Source: a virus. From it: 64,000 nt of DNA. The stretch is from positions 1 to 64,000 of IMG/VR virus record IMGVR_UViG_3300003323_000257; one strand, 5' to 3'. Each line of letters starts with the position of its first letter. Within the stretch, counting starts at the first letter, position 1. A program made the translations under genes and the position numbers. Of this stretch, positions 54,326-63,730 are shown in pieces. The notes beneath the pieces are model-generated. The model was not told the origin of the DNA. It made no database searches and saw only the letters and a list, made by a program, of their open reading frames with translations.

Positions 54326-54843
54326 GCATACACATAACTGAACACGGCCGTGATCTGGTGATCCTAGATATCGACGGCTGTTTATTGGACTCGGACTCGC
54401 GTCTACCGCATTTGCTGGCAGGTGATCGTGAGACCTACGACTCTCTCCATCCCACGGATCGTACGTGGCCGGCAGGCCATGCAGTGTACCGCATGTTTCA
54501 ACGCCATCCAGACGTAACGGTGTTGTTCGTTACTGCTAGGCAGGAAAATGCCAGGCACTATACAATGGAGCAGCTTAACCGAGCATTAGGTAGCAGCTCT
54601 CCTGTTATGCCTTGGCAACTGCTGATGCGCCCTACAGGGTGTTCCGATCCAGATATTATCTTGAAGCCTCGTTTGATAGAGGAGGCTGGATGGTCTTTGG
54701 AGCGTATTCTTGTGGTAGTTGAAGACAGCGACGCCACTGTTGCTATGTGGCGATCCAAAGGAATTGAATGTTGGCAGCCGCGTTCAAGCACCCACAACAT
54801 AAACACAGTGCAGCTGGCAATCGATTTAAACACTAGTAAATAA
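54322..54843 (+). CDS. HAD phosphatase, polynucleotide kinase/phosphatase (PseT C-terminal)-like
   Basis: LDIDGCL; FVTAR; LLMRP..D...K; VEDS...[13 protein letters not shown]. Confidence 0.8.
   Translation: MSIHITEHGRDLVILDIDGCLLDSDSRLPHLLAGDRETYDSLHPTDRTWPAGHAVYRMFQRHPDVTVLFVTARQENARHYTMEQLNRALGSSSPVMPWQLLMRPTGCSDPDIILKPRLIEEAGWSLERILVVVEDSDATVAMWRSKGIECWQPRSSTHNINTVQLAIDLNTSK
54834..54842 (+). promoter_or_regulatory. putative late promoter TAGTAAATA
   Basis: Embedded at 3' end of HAD gene; RBS GAGG follows. Confidence 0.6.
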
Positions 54844-54879
54844 CTTACGTACCACCCAACATCAAACGAGGATACACAA

Positions 54880-55845
54880 ATGACGACTGACCAAGATTTC
54901 AACATCGCTGATTTGAATTTTCTGACCGAGGGATCGGTTTTCACCCGAGAGGACGGTCGGATGGCTCGCTTCCTGTTCCTGACCAACCAATCTCTGTCGG
55001 AAAAAATGAAGCAGAAGTTTCCACCGCAAGTGGTTTATGCAGACGAGAACGATAATATTCTCAGCTGCGACATCGACCGTTTCCTGGCTAAACGCAAGTT
55101 TGTTAATGTCATTCCTGAGTTGGAAGAACGCCTGCTCAATCTGCTTGCTGCCACCTCTTCGGAATCTGAAGAAACTCTGGACCTGGACTCCGATGATGAC
55201 CAACTGATCATCGAGGATACAGAATCGAGTGAATCCCAAGAAGGCGATCAACCTGCAGGAGACGATTTCATTGACAGCGATGAGAAACCTGTGGTTACTT
55301 TGCTTGCATCTCGTGATGATCTGCCTGTGGTAATCAATGTGGACCAATTTACTCAAGCCGTGTCGTCCTATCAGCAGAATCCAGGTGTCGAACCAGGCAC
55401 GCTGCAGCACACGCTGTTTATCCGCGAAGAGCCAGGCATTAGCAGCGAAACCATCTACGCTGCATTTAGCCCTACGCACGCGGACAAGAACGTTACCTAT
55501 GAGTTTCAAGTGGAGTACGAAGGTGAGAAGCGCACCGTCGAATGGGATACTTTCGCAGGTATCTATCCTGCAATCTTCTTCGGAAGCCGTATGTTCCAAG
55601 TGATCTTCTACGGTCCGCGAGTTCCTGCTGCAAGCTTGGTGGCCGCCGAGGAGTTGGCTCAGGAAAACACTGAGGTTATTACCGCTGCACCTGACGTGGA
55701 AATTCAACAAGGTCAACTGGTAGCCATCAATGAAGCCGGTCAAGCGGTTCCGGCGCAAGCTATTTCTAATCCTGCGGCTCAACCTGTTCAAGTGCAGGTA
55801 CAGCCTGTGGCGCAGGTTCAAGTCCAAGTGCAGGCCGCACAGTAA
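54880..55845 (+). CDS. acidic protein with Q/V-rich C-terminal tail
   Basis: ...QPVQVQVQPVAQVQVQVQAAQ; monocistronic between promoter and terminator. Confidence 0.75.
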   Translation: MTTDQDFNIADLNFLTEGSVFTREDGRMARFLFLTNQSLSEKMKQKFPPQVVYADENDNILSCDIDRFLAKRKFVNVIPELEERLLNLLAATSSESEETLDLDSDDDQLIIEDTESSESQEGDQPAGDDFIDSDEKPVVTLLASRDDLPVVINVDQFTQAVSSYQQNPGVEPGTLQHTLFIREEPGISSETIYAAFSPTHADKNVTYEFQVEYEGEKRTVEWDTFAGIYPAIFFGSRMFQVIFYGPRVPAASLVAAEELAQENTEVITAAPDVEIQQGQLVAINEAGQAVPAQAISNPAAQPVQVQVQPVAQVQVQVQAAQ

Positions 55846-55852
55846 CATACAC

Positions 55853-55899
55853 AAAGCCCAGTCATGGTCCTAAGAGCTGTGGCTGGGCTTTTTCTTTTT
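55853..55899 (+). terminator. intrinsic terminator
   Basis: aaagcccag...ctgggcttt then T-rich tail. Confidence 0.75.
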
Positions 55900-55910
55900 A
55901 GGAGTACAAG

Positions 55911-56930
55911 TTGAAAGTACGCAAAGGTGATTACTGTGTGGCTCGTCAGGAGCAAGGAAAAGACTACCTGTTCAAGGCCCTAGCTGATTCCGATGCCAAA
56001 TCGGTTGAAGCTGTGTTGGAAAAGGACTGCCATATTCAAGGCATGCGACACACTTTGACTGTCGCTTTGTCTGATGTGGTGGTCAATCTTGGTCCTGATC
56101 CACATCCAGGTAAGGTCTACGGCCACGATGTAGGGTCCGTGCATCGTAAACGTGTAACCCACAAAGCATTTGGTGATGTACACTTCTTTTATCGGCCAGA
56201 GAAGCAGGTCATTACCGACCTCAGCGAAGCGATGACCAAAGTTGGTGCGGCCTTAAAGAAACAAGGGACTTCCTTTTTGTTGTCCAACGTGGTATTCGAA
56301 GTCCTGCCTTTTAATGGTGAGAAATACGCAGGTCGATTCATGATGTCAAAGAACGACAAAATACCAAAGCGTATTCAGATTCGTCCAGAAATTATGCCGG
56401 CCTCCGAATATGCTTACGTGCTATATCATGAGCTTGGCCACAACCTGCACATGGATTTTTGCAAGGCCTCAAAGAAGTTGAACGCTCAGTGGCTAAAACT
56501 GTTCAACACCTCTATTAGGGTAGAAACCATTAAGAAGGATAAAAGCCTGCACTTAATGAATGCTTTGATGGCAGGCGAAGAGTGTCCTTCTGACTTTAAA
56601 CGAGGTCTGGACGAGGACGACGCCTTGGCCTTCAAATGGATCATTCGGACGATCCAGCAGGTAAATGGGTTAGCCATTCAAGACCTAGACACCTTGTTTG
56701 AAGCCGATATGAAGGAGGAGATCGCCAAGGTATGGCCAGTGCGCAACATCCCTCGAAAAGAATTGGCTCCTATCATCTCTGATTACGCTGCGGTGAGCTT
56801 TAAGGAGACGTTCGCTGAAGCCTACGCATTCTACATGACAAAGAAGAAACTGCCTGAATCCATCGTTAAACTTCTTGAACGCTCCATTTCCTACGCAAAG
56901 GCCAATCATGACAAAACTGGCGAAAGCTGA
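55911..56930 (+). CDS. zincin-like metallopeptidase domain protein
   Basis: LYHELGH (HExxH) and distal ETFAEAYAFY. Confidence 0.6.
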   Translation: MKVRKGDYCVARQEQGKDYLFKALADSDAKSVEAVLEKDCHIQGMRHTLTVALSDVVVNLGPDPHPGKVYGHDVGSVHRKRVTHKAFGDVHFFYRPEKQVITDLSEAMTKVGAALKKQGTSFLLSNVVFEVLPFNGEKYAGRFMMSKNDKIPKRIQIRPEIMPASEYAYVLYHELGHNLHMDFCKASKKLNAQWLKLFNTSIRVETIKKDKSLHLMNALMAGEECPSDFKRGLDEDDALAFKWIIRTIQQVNGLAIQDLDTLFEADMKEEIAKVWPVRNIPRKELAPIISDYAAVSFKETFAEAYAFYMTKKKLPESIVKLLERSISYAKANHDKTGES

Positions 56931-57156
56931 TATTGACGCAGAAGATTGGGAACCGAGTCTTTCTTATCCAGAAAATGAAGTAGAGTGCATGCAAGGTCAT
57001 CGGTTTCTTAGTCATTCCAAATTTAGCGGACGTTTGGTTGCTATCGTCTCCCGTAATCCGTGCCCTGTGTGTCGTGGCTACATGCTGAGGGCTTCCCATG
57101 GCGTACCAGAGCGCCAGAGTCTGACTCGTAAAGACGTAGGTGACATCGATGGATAA
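56908..57156 (+). CDS. small Zn-ribbon protein
   Basis: CMQGH...CPVC. Confidence 0.65.
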   Translation: MTKLAKADIDAEDWEPSLSYPENEVECMQGHRFLSHSKFSGRLVAIVSRNPCPVCRGYMLRASHGVPERQSLTRKDVGDIDG

Positions 57157-57592
57157 GAACTATATTGATTGGGTGATCAATTCATCCAAATGGTTGTTTG
57201 AGGAAACGGAGAAACGTTTGAAGTACTCTCCATTTGACCACAATCAATTCCACTGGTGGTTGATTCATTCCAAAGGACCTCACTTCTTTGCTCTCCGTGA
57301 TCTCCTGAGAAAAGATGGATACACCTTCTTCGTCACTGCTGAACCTATTGCTCTTACTACCTTAGAGAACTCTGTTGTATTGACGGCCTTTTGCGTAAGT
57401 GAATCCACAGCACAGGTTAGAGTTCGCGGTCAATGGTTGCCTCGTAGCCAAATGCCATTGTATGTGGAAGCAGGGCAATGGGATTGCCCTCAGATGAATC
57501 CTCTGTTTGATTGGACAGAAGATCAAGCCTGGGCCTATCTCATTGATCGTAAGATCGTCCTACCTGAAGATTTTGGTAAGGAGATCGAATGA
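57140..57592 (+). CDS. hypothetical protein with PAPS-reductase-like C-terminal motif
   Basis: MNPLFDWTEDQAWAYL. Confidence 0.55.
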   Translation: MTSMDKNYIDWVINSSKWLFEETEKRLKYSPFDHNQFHWWLIHSKGPHFFALRDLLRKDGYTFFVTAEPIALTTLENSVVLTAFCVSESTAQVRVRGQWLPRSQMPLYVEAGQWDCPQMNPLFDWTEDQAWAYLIDRKIVLPEDFGKEIE

Positions 57593-57756
57593 AGCTATTT
57601 AAACCACAAAACGCTGAGGATTTTAATCGTGATCTTCTGGAAGAAGCACAACGAGAAATAGTTAAACACCTGGCTGCAGTGGAGTATAGCCAGGCAATGA
57701 TCAAGTTGTACCAAGAGCGTATTACACGACTGGAGCCTAGCCATGCTAAGAGCTAA
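57589..57756 (+). CDS. small hypothetical protein (55 aa, not in ORF track)
   Basis: RBS AAGGAG, ATGA overlap. Confidence 0.6.
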   Translation: MKLFKPQNAEDFNRDLLEEAQREIVKHLAAVEYSQAMIKLYQERITRLEPSHAKS

Positions 57757-58216
57757 CTTCATTGAAGTACGAGTCCGTGACGCGGTACGCGATGAGATGC
57801 GCAAACGATTGGCTTCAAGAAAATATCTGTCGAAATCGTATCGAGCATACCTGAGTCGTTTTCGTCGTCTTCATTGTCTGGAGTACCGTCAAGAAGGTGA
57901 AACTCCAATAGAGGCTTTCGGTCGGGTAATGAACGAACACCTTATCATGATGGCTAGCCGTCCTGGATTCGCGAGGCTGATGTTGGATAAAGACAGTCTG
58001 ATGATGCAGCAGTACAGAGAGGATCAAGCGAAGATAAAAGAAAAAGTCGACCACATTCTTGCACAGTTGCTTCCGTATGACCGTCGACTCAACTATGATC
58101 GTCACTGCATTGGCGGCCACATCACGGACATCGATAAAGGCTTTAATCCAAGGTACGGCACTTCTTTGACGGAAATCATCCTTGGTAGAAGTTATTCACC
58201 TTGTCCGGAGACGTAA
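57743..58216 (+). CDS. hypothetical protein
   Basis: RBS GGAG. Confidence 0.65.
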   Translation: MLRANFIEVRVRDAVRDEMRKRLASRKYLSKSYRAYLSRFRRLHCLEYRQEGETPIEAFGRVMNEHLIMMASRPGFARLMLDKDSLMMQQYREDQAKIKEKVDHILAQLLPYDRRLNYDRHCIGGHITDIDKGFNPRYGTSLTEIILGRSYSPCPET

Positions 58217-58540
58217 ATGGAAACTATCGATTTCACTCCTCATGATATCATCAAGGAAGTTACCAAAATAGGTGACGTTTCTGAGATTAGCCTCAGCAAG
58301 GATCTATTGAAACGATTAACCAATGGGCTGCATAAGCAGAAGGGTAATCCATTCGATAACTACTTCGATTACAACCATATGGAACCTAGTCGAAGGGGGT
58401 CAAAGAAAGTCCCTGTAGGCTATATGTTCGGTATGTTAGTCCTTGTCGACACCGACCTCATCGACAAAACTTTGATTCTCACTGGAGGACAAACTCAAAT
58501 GCGATTCATCGTTCGAGACCTACCATGTCCAGAATCCTAA
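58217..58540 (+). CDS. hypothetical protein
   Basis: RBS GGAG. Confidence 0.7.
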   Translation: METIDFTPHDIIKEVTKIGDVSEISLSKDLLKRLTNGLHKQKGNPFDNYFDYNHMEPSRRGSKKVPVGYMFGMLVLVDTDLIDKTLILTGGQTQMRFIVRDLPCPES

Positions 58541-58749
58541 CTGACACCGAAGCTCTTCACCGACTTTCCATTGGTGAAACCTTATACGTAGGCATCTGGG
58601 CGTACACGCGAAGTAGCCGCTACATGACGTGTGGGTGCTGCGACGACTCGGACGACTTCGAGGACATTGACGAGGCTATGGACAGCCTGCGCAAATGCAC
58701 CGACAACTTCACTCAATCATTCATCAATCTAAAGGAAGACAATGAGTAA
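58525..58749 (+). CDS. hypothetical protein
   Basis: CGCC motif. Confidence 0.65.
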   Translation: MSRILTDTEALHRLSIGETLYVGIWAYTRSSRYMTCGCCDDSDDFEDIDEAMDSLRKCTDNFTQSFINLKEDNE

Positions 58750-59668
58750 CTTACTGACCGACCGTGAGAATCAAATCAAAGTTAAGATCATCGCTGATTC
58801 CGTGGCACCGAATGGTGCGCGAATCACAAGCTACGAACTGGAATACCATCGCTACATTCATGCTGAATTCATGACGCACCGTGTGTTCTCCAAGAATGCG
58901 GCATCGTCGCGAGCTATCCCTGCCGCCAAACTTCTTCAATTGGTGCGAGATGAACCTATGCTGCCTGTACACCTCGGTATGAATCAGGGCGGCATGCAGG
59001 CTCAGCAGGAACTTCCGCCTGACGTACAGCAACGCATTCTGGATGTATGGGAAGAACTGGGCGGCATCATCGCTGACAAGGTGGAGTACTTGGCCTCGTT
59101 GGGTCTGCACAAGCAGGTTGTAAATCGTCCACTGGAGTCCATGCTGCCGATCAAGGTAATCGCCACAGGTACCGAGTACAACAACTTCTTCGAACTACGC
59201 GATTCCCAATATGCGCAGCCGGAGTTTCGCGTCCTGGCGCACAAGATGCGTGTGGCACGTGACGAATCAACTCCTACTCCATTAGCATACGGCGAATGGC
59301 ATCTTCCATACGTTACTACTGAAGATCGCCTGTGGGCAAAAATCAATGTTAAGAATGTCGACCGTACTCTTTGCTGGCTTTCGTCTGCGCGTTGTGCCCG
59401 TGTAACCCACGCACTAGGTGGCCTAACTTCCAAGACAATTGAGGAAGAGATCGGAAAAGGCAAGGAGTTGTTTGCTGTCAAACATATGAGTCCGTTTGAG
59501 CACATTGCTACACCTGCAGACTTCAGTACAGCTACTGAAGATGATGTAAAGGCTCTGATTGACCACCTGGCAACACCTGAATCAACTTGTCCTGCTGTCT
59601 TCGACGTACGCAATCTGCGCGGTTGGCGCTCCATGCGCTCCTACATCGAAAACGGTGAACTTCAATGA
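58742..59668 (+). CDS. thyX: flavin-dependent thymidylate synthase
   Basis: YHRYIHAEFMTHRVFSKNAASSRAIP; HKQVVNR; FFELR...AQPE; SARCARV; HMSPFEH. Confidence 0.9.
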   Translation: MSNLLTDRENQIKVKIIADSVAPNGARITSYELEYHRYIHAEFMTHRVFSKNAASSRAIPAAKLLQLVRDEPMLPVHLGMNQGGMQAQQELPPDVQQRILDVWEELGGIIADKVEYLASLGLHKQVVNRPLESMLPIKVIATGTEYNNFFELRDSQYAQPEFRVLAHKMRVARDESTPTPLAYGEWHLPYVTTEDRLWAKINVKNVDRTLCWLSSARCARVTHALGGLTSKTIEEEIGKGKELFAVKHMSPFEHIATPADFSTATEDDVKALIDHLATPESTCPAVFDVRNLRGWRSMRSYIENGELQ

Positions 59669-59958
59669 AAACCGTATTACATATCAAGGTGGGTTCAGAC
59701 GAGTATCCAGATCCAACTCCTGAGGATCTTGTGTCCGTCTTGGACGAATACACGGCACTATCAGAGACTCCATGGCCTACAGAAGAGTTTCATCTTAGTT
59801 CTGGTGAAGCCTTACTTTGGAAGATTCCAGATACCTACTCCGACGAGGAGCGTGCACATCTAAAATCTATGGTGGACTACGCACTCCGAGATACGCGAGG
59901 TGCCACCATAGTTACAAAACGAGATATTCAGTTCTATAAGAAAGGGGAAAAGCAATGA
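59665..59958 (+). CDS. hypothetical protein
   Basis: ATGA overlap. Confidence 0.7.
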   Translation: MKTVLHIKVGSDEYPDPTPEDLVSVLDEYTALSETPWPTEEFHLSSGEALLWKIPDTYSDEERAHLKSMVDYALRDTRGATIVTKRDIQFYKKGEKQ

Positions 59959-61088
59959 GTGACTTGAAAGATGGTGAACCAACCGGTCTGTTAAATCACG
60001 ATGGTAGCATGATGGAGGTTAACTGCTACGTGCACGATCAAACAGGCGAAAAGCATCGCTGTGGTGTTCGTTGGGTGCCTATTACTGATGAAATAAAAGA
60101 AAAAATCATCAACGGTAATACTCAAACAGTAAGTATGGGTGCCATTGTGTCCGACGACATGAAAGCACGTATGCCAACGGAAGACCATCTAGCTGAAGTG
60201 GAAGCTAAAGCATGGAACAAACCTGACAAGTGGCCTTATATTGAAATAGGGAAAGAAGTCATGATACATGATGGTGGTGTTTGGACAGCTGCGGTTAAAG
60301 ATCGTGTATCACTGATTAACGTGCCTCCAGGCACAAATCATCAAAGGGCTAAGGAATGTCTGGCCGCCCACGAATCCTTAATTAAGGGTAAAGGTCTAAC
60401 CACCACCAAGATACCTGAGCCAGGACCAAATTATGGAACTGCAGACAATCCATTGTTAGCCGAAGCTACAAAGCAAACGGTAGAAGAAAATTCTGTAGGA
60501 AGCAAAGGCACCATACACTCTCCGTTTGAACGCGGTGCACAGTCCTTGTGGTCAAAGAAAATCAATAATGAGGTCGTTGGATTTCAACCGGACTCTGTAA
60601 GCTTGACTACAGAAGGCGTTCAAATGTGCGGGCGCGGTTTCGTGAACACTGGTACCAGTCATTTAGAAACCGAAATCACTGTAGGTCCAGGCTTAACGTC
60701 TCCAGATAGCGTTGTTACTTACGATCCGACACCAGAACAGCGTAAGGAAATCGCACGCGAATACGCGCTGTCGATTATCACTGAATTTGAGTTCCGTGCC
60801 AAGGCTGCAGAACATTCTGGACACAACGTCAATTACTACTCGGTCCCTGTGCGCAATCCAAAACGTCCGGAGCGCCTTCCATACATCTTCGAAGTCGAAG
60901 ATTTGATACAAGCGCTCCGACTGAACTTCCATGAAGGCACAGTGTTGAAATCGTTGATTCGCTCTGCTACTGAACGAGAACTCGGTTTGGTTAAACAAGG
61001 AGGTGACTCCATTCGTGATGCAGAGAAAATGATACATAGTTCGCAGGAACTTCTGCGAGATCGTAAGTTGACACGAGATTCGAAATGA
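59955..61088 (+). CDS. multidomain protein with C-terminal DUF3310-like domain
   Basis: YY...EVEDLIQALRLNFHEGTVLKSLIR...RDAEK. Confidence 0.6.
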   Translation: MSDLKDGEPTGLLNHDGSMMEVNCYVHDQTGEKHRCGVRWVPITDEIKEKIINGNTQTVSMGAIVSDDMKARMPTEDHLAEVEAKAWNKPDKWPYIEIGKEVMIHDGGVWTAAVKDRVSLINVPPGTNHQRAKECLAAHESLIKGKGLTTTKIPEPGPNYGTADNPLLAEATKQTVEENSVGSKGTIHSPFERGAQSLWSKKINNEVVGFQPDSVSLTTEGVQMCGRGFVNTGTSHLETEITVGPGLTSPDSVVTYDPTPEQRKEIAREYALSIITEFEFRAKAAEHSGHNVNYYSVPVRNPKRPERLPYIFEVEDLIQALRLNFHEGTVLKSLIRSATERELGLVKQGGDSIRDAEKMIHSSQELLRDRKLTRDSK

Positions 61089-61522
61089 CTACCAACTACA
61101 GCACCAGAACCCGTCAACGTAACGTAGACTACAGGGCTATCCTAGATTATGTAAGGAAAAATCCTAACGTTACCGCTTCTGCTGTAGTGCAAGCCTTTCC
61201 TCATTTATCTGTGGCCAAAGTTGAAAAAGCAATGACTGTACTTCAACGGATGAACTTCTTATATGTCTCTCGTAAGGAGAAGTCACATGGAGTTTCTTAC
61301 CGCCATTACTATTCGGTAGCAGATTATAGTGAAGAATATTTGGACCAGGAGCTGCCCTTGGAGCGACCAAAAGACTACATTAGGTCATATAAGGTGAAAC
61401 CTAAATCCTATGTGGTGTCTAACGTTGCACGAGATCCATTGGACACCTATTTGATGGGTTCTGGTGAAGCCCCGAGTTTAGCCTTTCACAGGAGTCAATA
61501 TGTCTCTACTGCATCCAAATAG
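61085..61522 (+). CDS. winged-HTH protein with RDPL...G.AP.L.F motif
   Basis: ILDYVRKNPNVTASAV...; RDPLDTYLMGSGEAPSLAF. Confidence 0.65.
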   Translation: MTTNYSTRTRQRNVDYRAILDYVRKNPNVTASAVVQAFPHLSVAKVEKAMTVLQRMNFLYVSRKEKSHGVSYRHYYSVADYSEEYLDQELPLERPKDYIRSYKVKPKSYVVSNVARDPLDTYLMGSGEAPSLAFHRSQYVSTASK

Positions 61523-61994
61523 AAAGCCTACCAAAGCTACGCTGGATCGGCACCACAAATGGATGAAGGCCATTCAGTTTATGGAAGACATGCAGGAGGC
61601 CACCACTGTTGATCTGGCCGTCTATACGGATCAATCTCCATCTGCCGGTAGAAATATGGTTCGAGCCTTTGTGGAGGCAAAACTAATAGAGCATGTACGC
61701 AATGAGCCTGGAGGACGCGGTAAGGAACATGCAGTCTACCGTATCGTAGCAGGAGCCAAGGTAAAAGCCTCGCAACTTTATCCTACAGAAATAGAAGGTA
61801 AGGAATTCGCCCCAAGAGTTCCTACCCGGACTCCAGGTCAGCACCTGATGGCCGATGAGTACCGTCCTCCACAACCTTTGAGTTCAGTGCGTGTGCGCAG
61901 AGATCCTTTGGTAATTGCTTTGTGTGGTCATGGTAGGGCCCCTAGTCTGAATTTCATGGATTCAAATCAGGGAGGTGAAAATGCTGACGCTTAA
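61500..61994 (+). CDS. winged-HTH protein paralog
   Basis: ATTVDLAV...; RDPLVIALCGHGRAPSLNF. Confidence 0.65.
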   Translation: MSLLHPNRKPTKATLDRHHKWMKAIQFMEDMQEATTVDLAVYTDQSPSAGRNMVRAFVEAKLIEHVRNEPGGRGKEHAVYRIVAGAKVKASQLYPTEIEGKEFAPRVPTRTPGQHLMADEYRPPQPLSSVRVRRDPLVIALCGHGRAPSLNFMDSNQGGENADA

Positions 61995-62406
61995 ACAGTT
62001 CATGACCAAAACAGACGAAGGACGCAAACAGCGCGCTCAGTACGTTCGAATCGTTGGTCTTAAAACCGGCTACCTCAAATCAGGATTAGGATATGTGGCG
62101 TGTAAGTCCTATTCAACTCATAAGGTAAATGAGCAAGGCCGTTTGGTTCGTGTTCCGAACCCTGAGCACCACATTACAGTGATTACGTTTATCGATAAAA
62201 AGCTACACGTACACCATGCGTGTTCTTGCCAAGACAATTTGTTCCGATGGGAGTGGGCGAACACGCAGAAGAATGCATCCGAAATCGAATACTCCAACGG
62301 TGAGCCTCCTACCACTACCAATCCTCGCTTCAAAAACTCTTTGTGCAAGCACGGGGTTGCTCTGGTAGAGAGAATTCGTCCTAAACTTCCTCCTGGTACT
62401 GTATGA
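61981..62406 (+). CDS. SWIM-type zinc-finger protein
   Basis: CSC...CKH. Confidence 0.75.
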   Translation: MLTLKQFMTKTDEGRKQRAQYVRIVGLKTGYLKSGLGYVACKSYSTHKVNEQGRLVRVPNPEHHITVITFIDKKLHVHHACSCQDNLFRWEWANTQKNASEIEYSNGEPPTTTNPRFKNSLCKHGVALVERIRPKLPPGTV

Positions 62407-63377
62407 GCGCGCAATACGAACACTCTATAGTCTTCCAAAGGATGAAGACTGTAAAAGAAAAAATCCAAACCAACTATACCAGTCTTCAGTATCTACAGAC
62501 GTTAAACCATTTCTTATGGAAAGCCTTGCAACCGATTGCTATTGAGTGTCCTGAATTCTTTAAGGGCTACCTATGCAAGGTAGTAGCTCGTCAGACCATT
62601 AAGGCCAGTGCTAAATTTACTTCCAATGATCGGCAGAAACTTCCTGTACAGCTATTCAATTGCTTAAGGTCTACCGACCAGAAAATGCTGGACCTAGCCA
62701 AGGATATGCACGTTAACCGAGGTTTGCTGTTTGGTTTGATTTCGTTCTTTTTGAACCACGTGGAGACCTATAAAAGGCTACATGAGAAAGCGGCCTTGTC
62801 AGTTCGTACCCGAAGTATCTGTTGGCAAGTGGAACGCCAGCTAGGATTGCGCGACGGAGGGGAACTATATCAGGCTATTCTAGAAGTTGAATACTGGTCA
62901 ATAAAGGCACGAACCTGGAAAGAGCAAATCATCGAGAAGTACACTCGCATGGCCCTTCTGCAGGCACAGGCGACATATAAGGACTACAACCATGTGGTAC
63001 GCTTAGACGACATTGTCCAGATTTACCTTATGGTTGTGTCCAGGGCTATTGATCGATGTGATTCGCGCCACGGGGTTATTACAACCTTCATGCAGTCTTG
63101 GTTCAAGTCTGCCAAATCCGAGGTGGCAAAACTTGCTGAGGGTCATCAGGATAGTTCGTACGAAGGATTAATCGATGAGCACGGCGATGCTGTTCACGAC
63201 ATACTAGGAGTGTCTGCTCCTGATATGTCGTTCGAAATGTGGCAGCACATAGCATATATAGGCAGACAGGTTGACCCTGAGGGACTGGTTCGTACCAAGC
63301 TGAACATTCCTCAGTACGTAAGTCTTAAACATCGGAAGCTATTACAGGAATTCGTCTATGAAGGACCGCCAGGATGA
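62403..63377 (+). CDS. divergent sigma70-family RNA polymerase sigma factor
   Basis: IIEKYTRMALLQAQATYK...LDDIVQ...RAIDRCDSRHGVITTFMQSW resembles sigma region 2. Confidence 0.6.
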   Translation: MSAQYEHSIVFQRMKTVKEKIQTNYTSLQYLQTLNHFLWKALQPIAIECPEFFKGYLCKVVARQTIKASAKFTSNDRQKLPVQLFNCLRSTDQKMLDLAKDMHVNRGLLFGLISFFLNHVETYKRLHEKAALSVRTRSICWQVERQLGLRDGGELYQAILEVEYWSIKARTWKEQIIEKYTRMALLQAQATYKDYNHVVRLDDIVQIYLMVVSRAIDRCDSRHGVITTFMQSWFKSAKSEVAKLAEGHQDSSYEGLIDEHGDAVHDILGVSAPDMSFEMWQHIAYIGRQVDPEGLVRTKLNIPQYVSLKHRKLLQEFVYEGPPG

Positions 63378-63730
63378 GCAATGACTTAATGACCGCGGCG
63401 CTTCAAGCTCAGGTATCTGATCTCAAGAGGTCGCAGAAGCATGCAAACGAAATGGTTTCACGCTTGATGGCACAGTCAATGACTGAAGAACAGCGCATTG
63501 GGGTCTTCGAGACCGTGATGAAGCATTTGACCGAGAACGATAACTGCAAGGCCAACCAACTGACAGGCATCATACGAACCACTCTGTTTGGTCTTAATGA
63601 TGTTGCGCAGACTACGACTGATGAGGCCACCAAATCACGGCTCATCGAGATGATTAAGGCTCTCAATGTATCCATCGGCTACGAAGAAACTGCGCGTATG
63701 GTCGTCGAGAAATCTCAATCATTGTGCTAG
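63374..63730 (+). CDS. hypothetical protein
   Basis: ATGA overlap. Confidence 0.7.
   Translation: MSNDLMTAALQAQVSDLKRSQKHANEMVSRLMAQSMTEEQRIGVFETVMKHLTENDNCKANQLTGIIRTTLFGLNDVAQTTTDEATKSRLIEMIKALNVSIGYEETARMVVEKSQSLC

Noticed and set aside
54862-55854. 330-aa minus-strand ORF
   Set aside because: Antisense shadow of the acidic protein gene, which has promoter, RBS and terminator on the plus strand.
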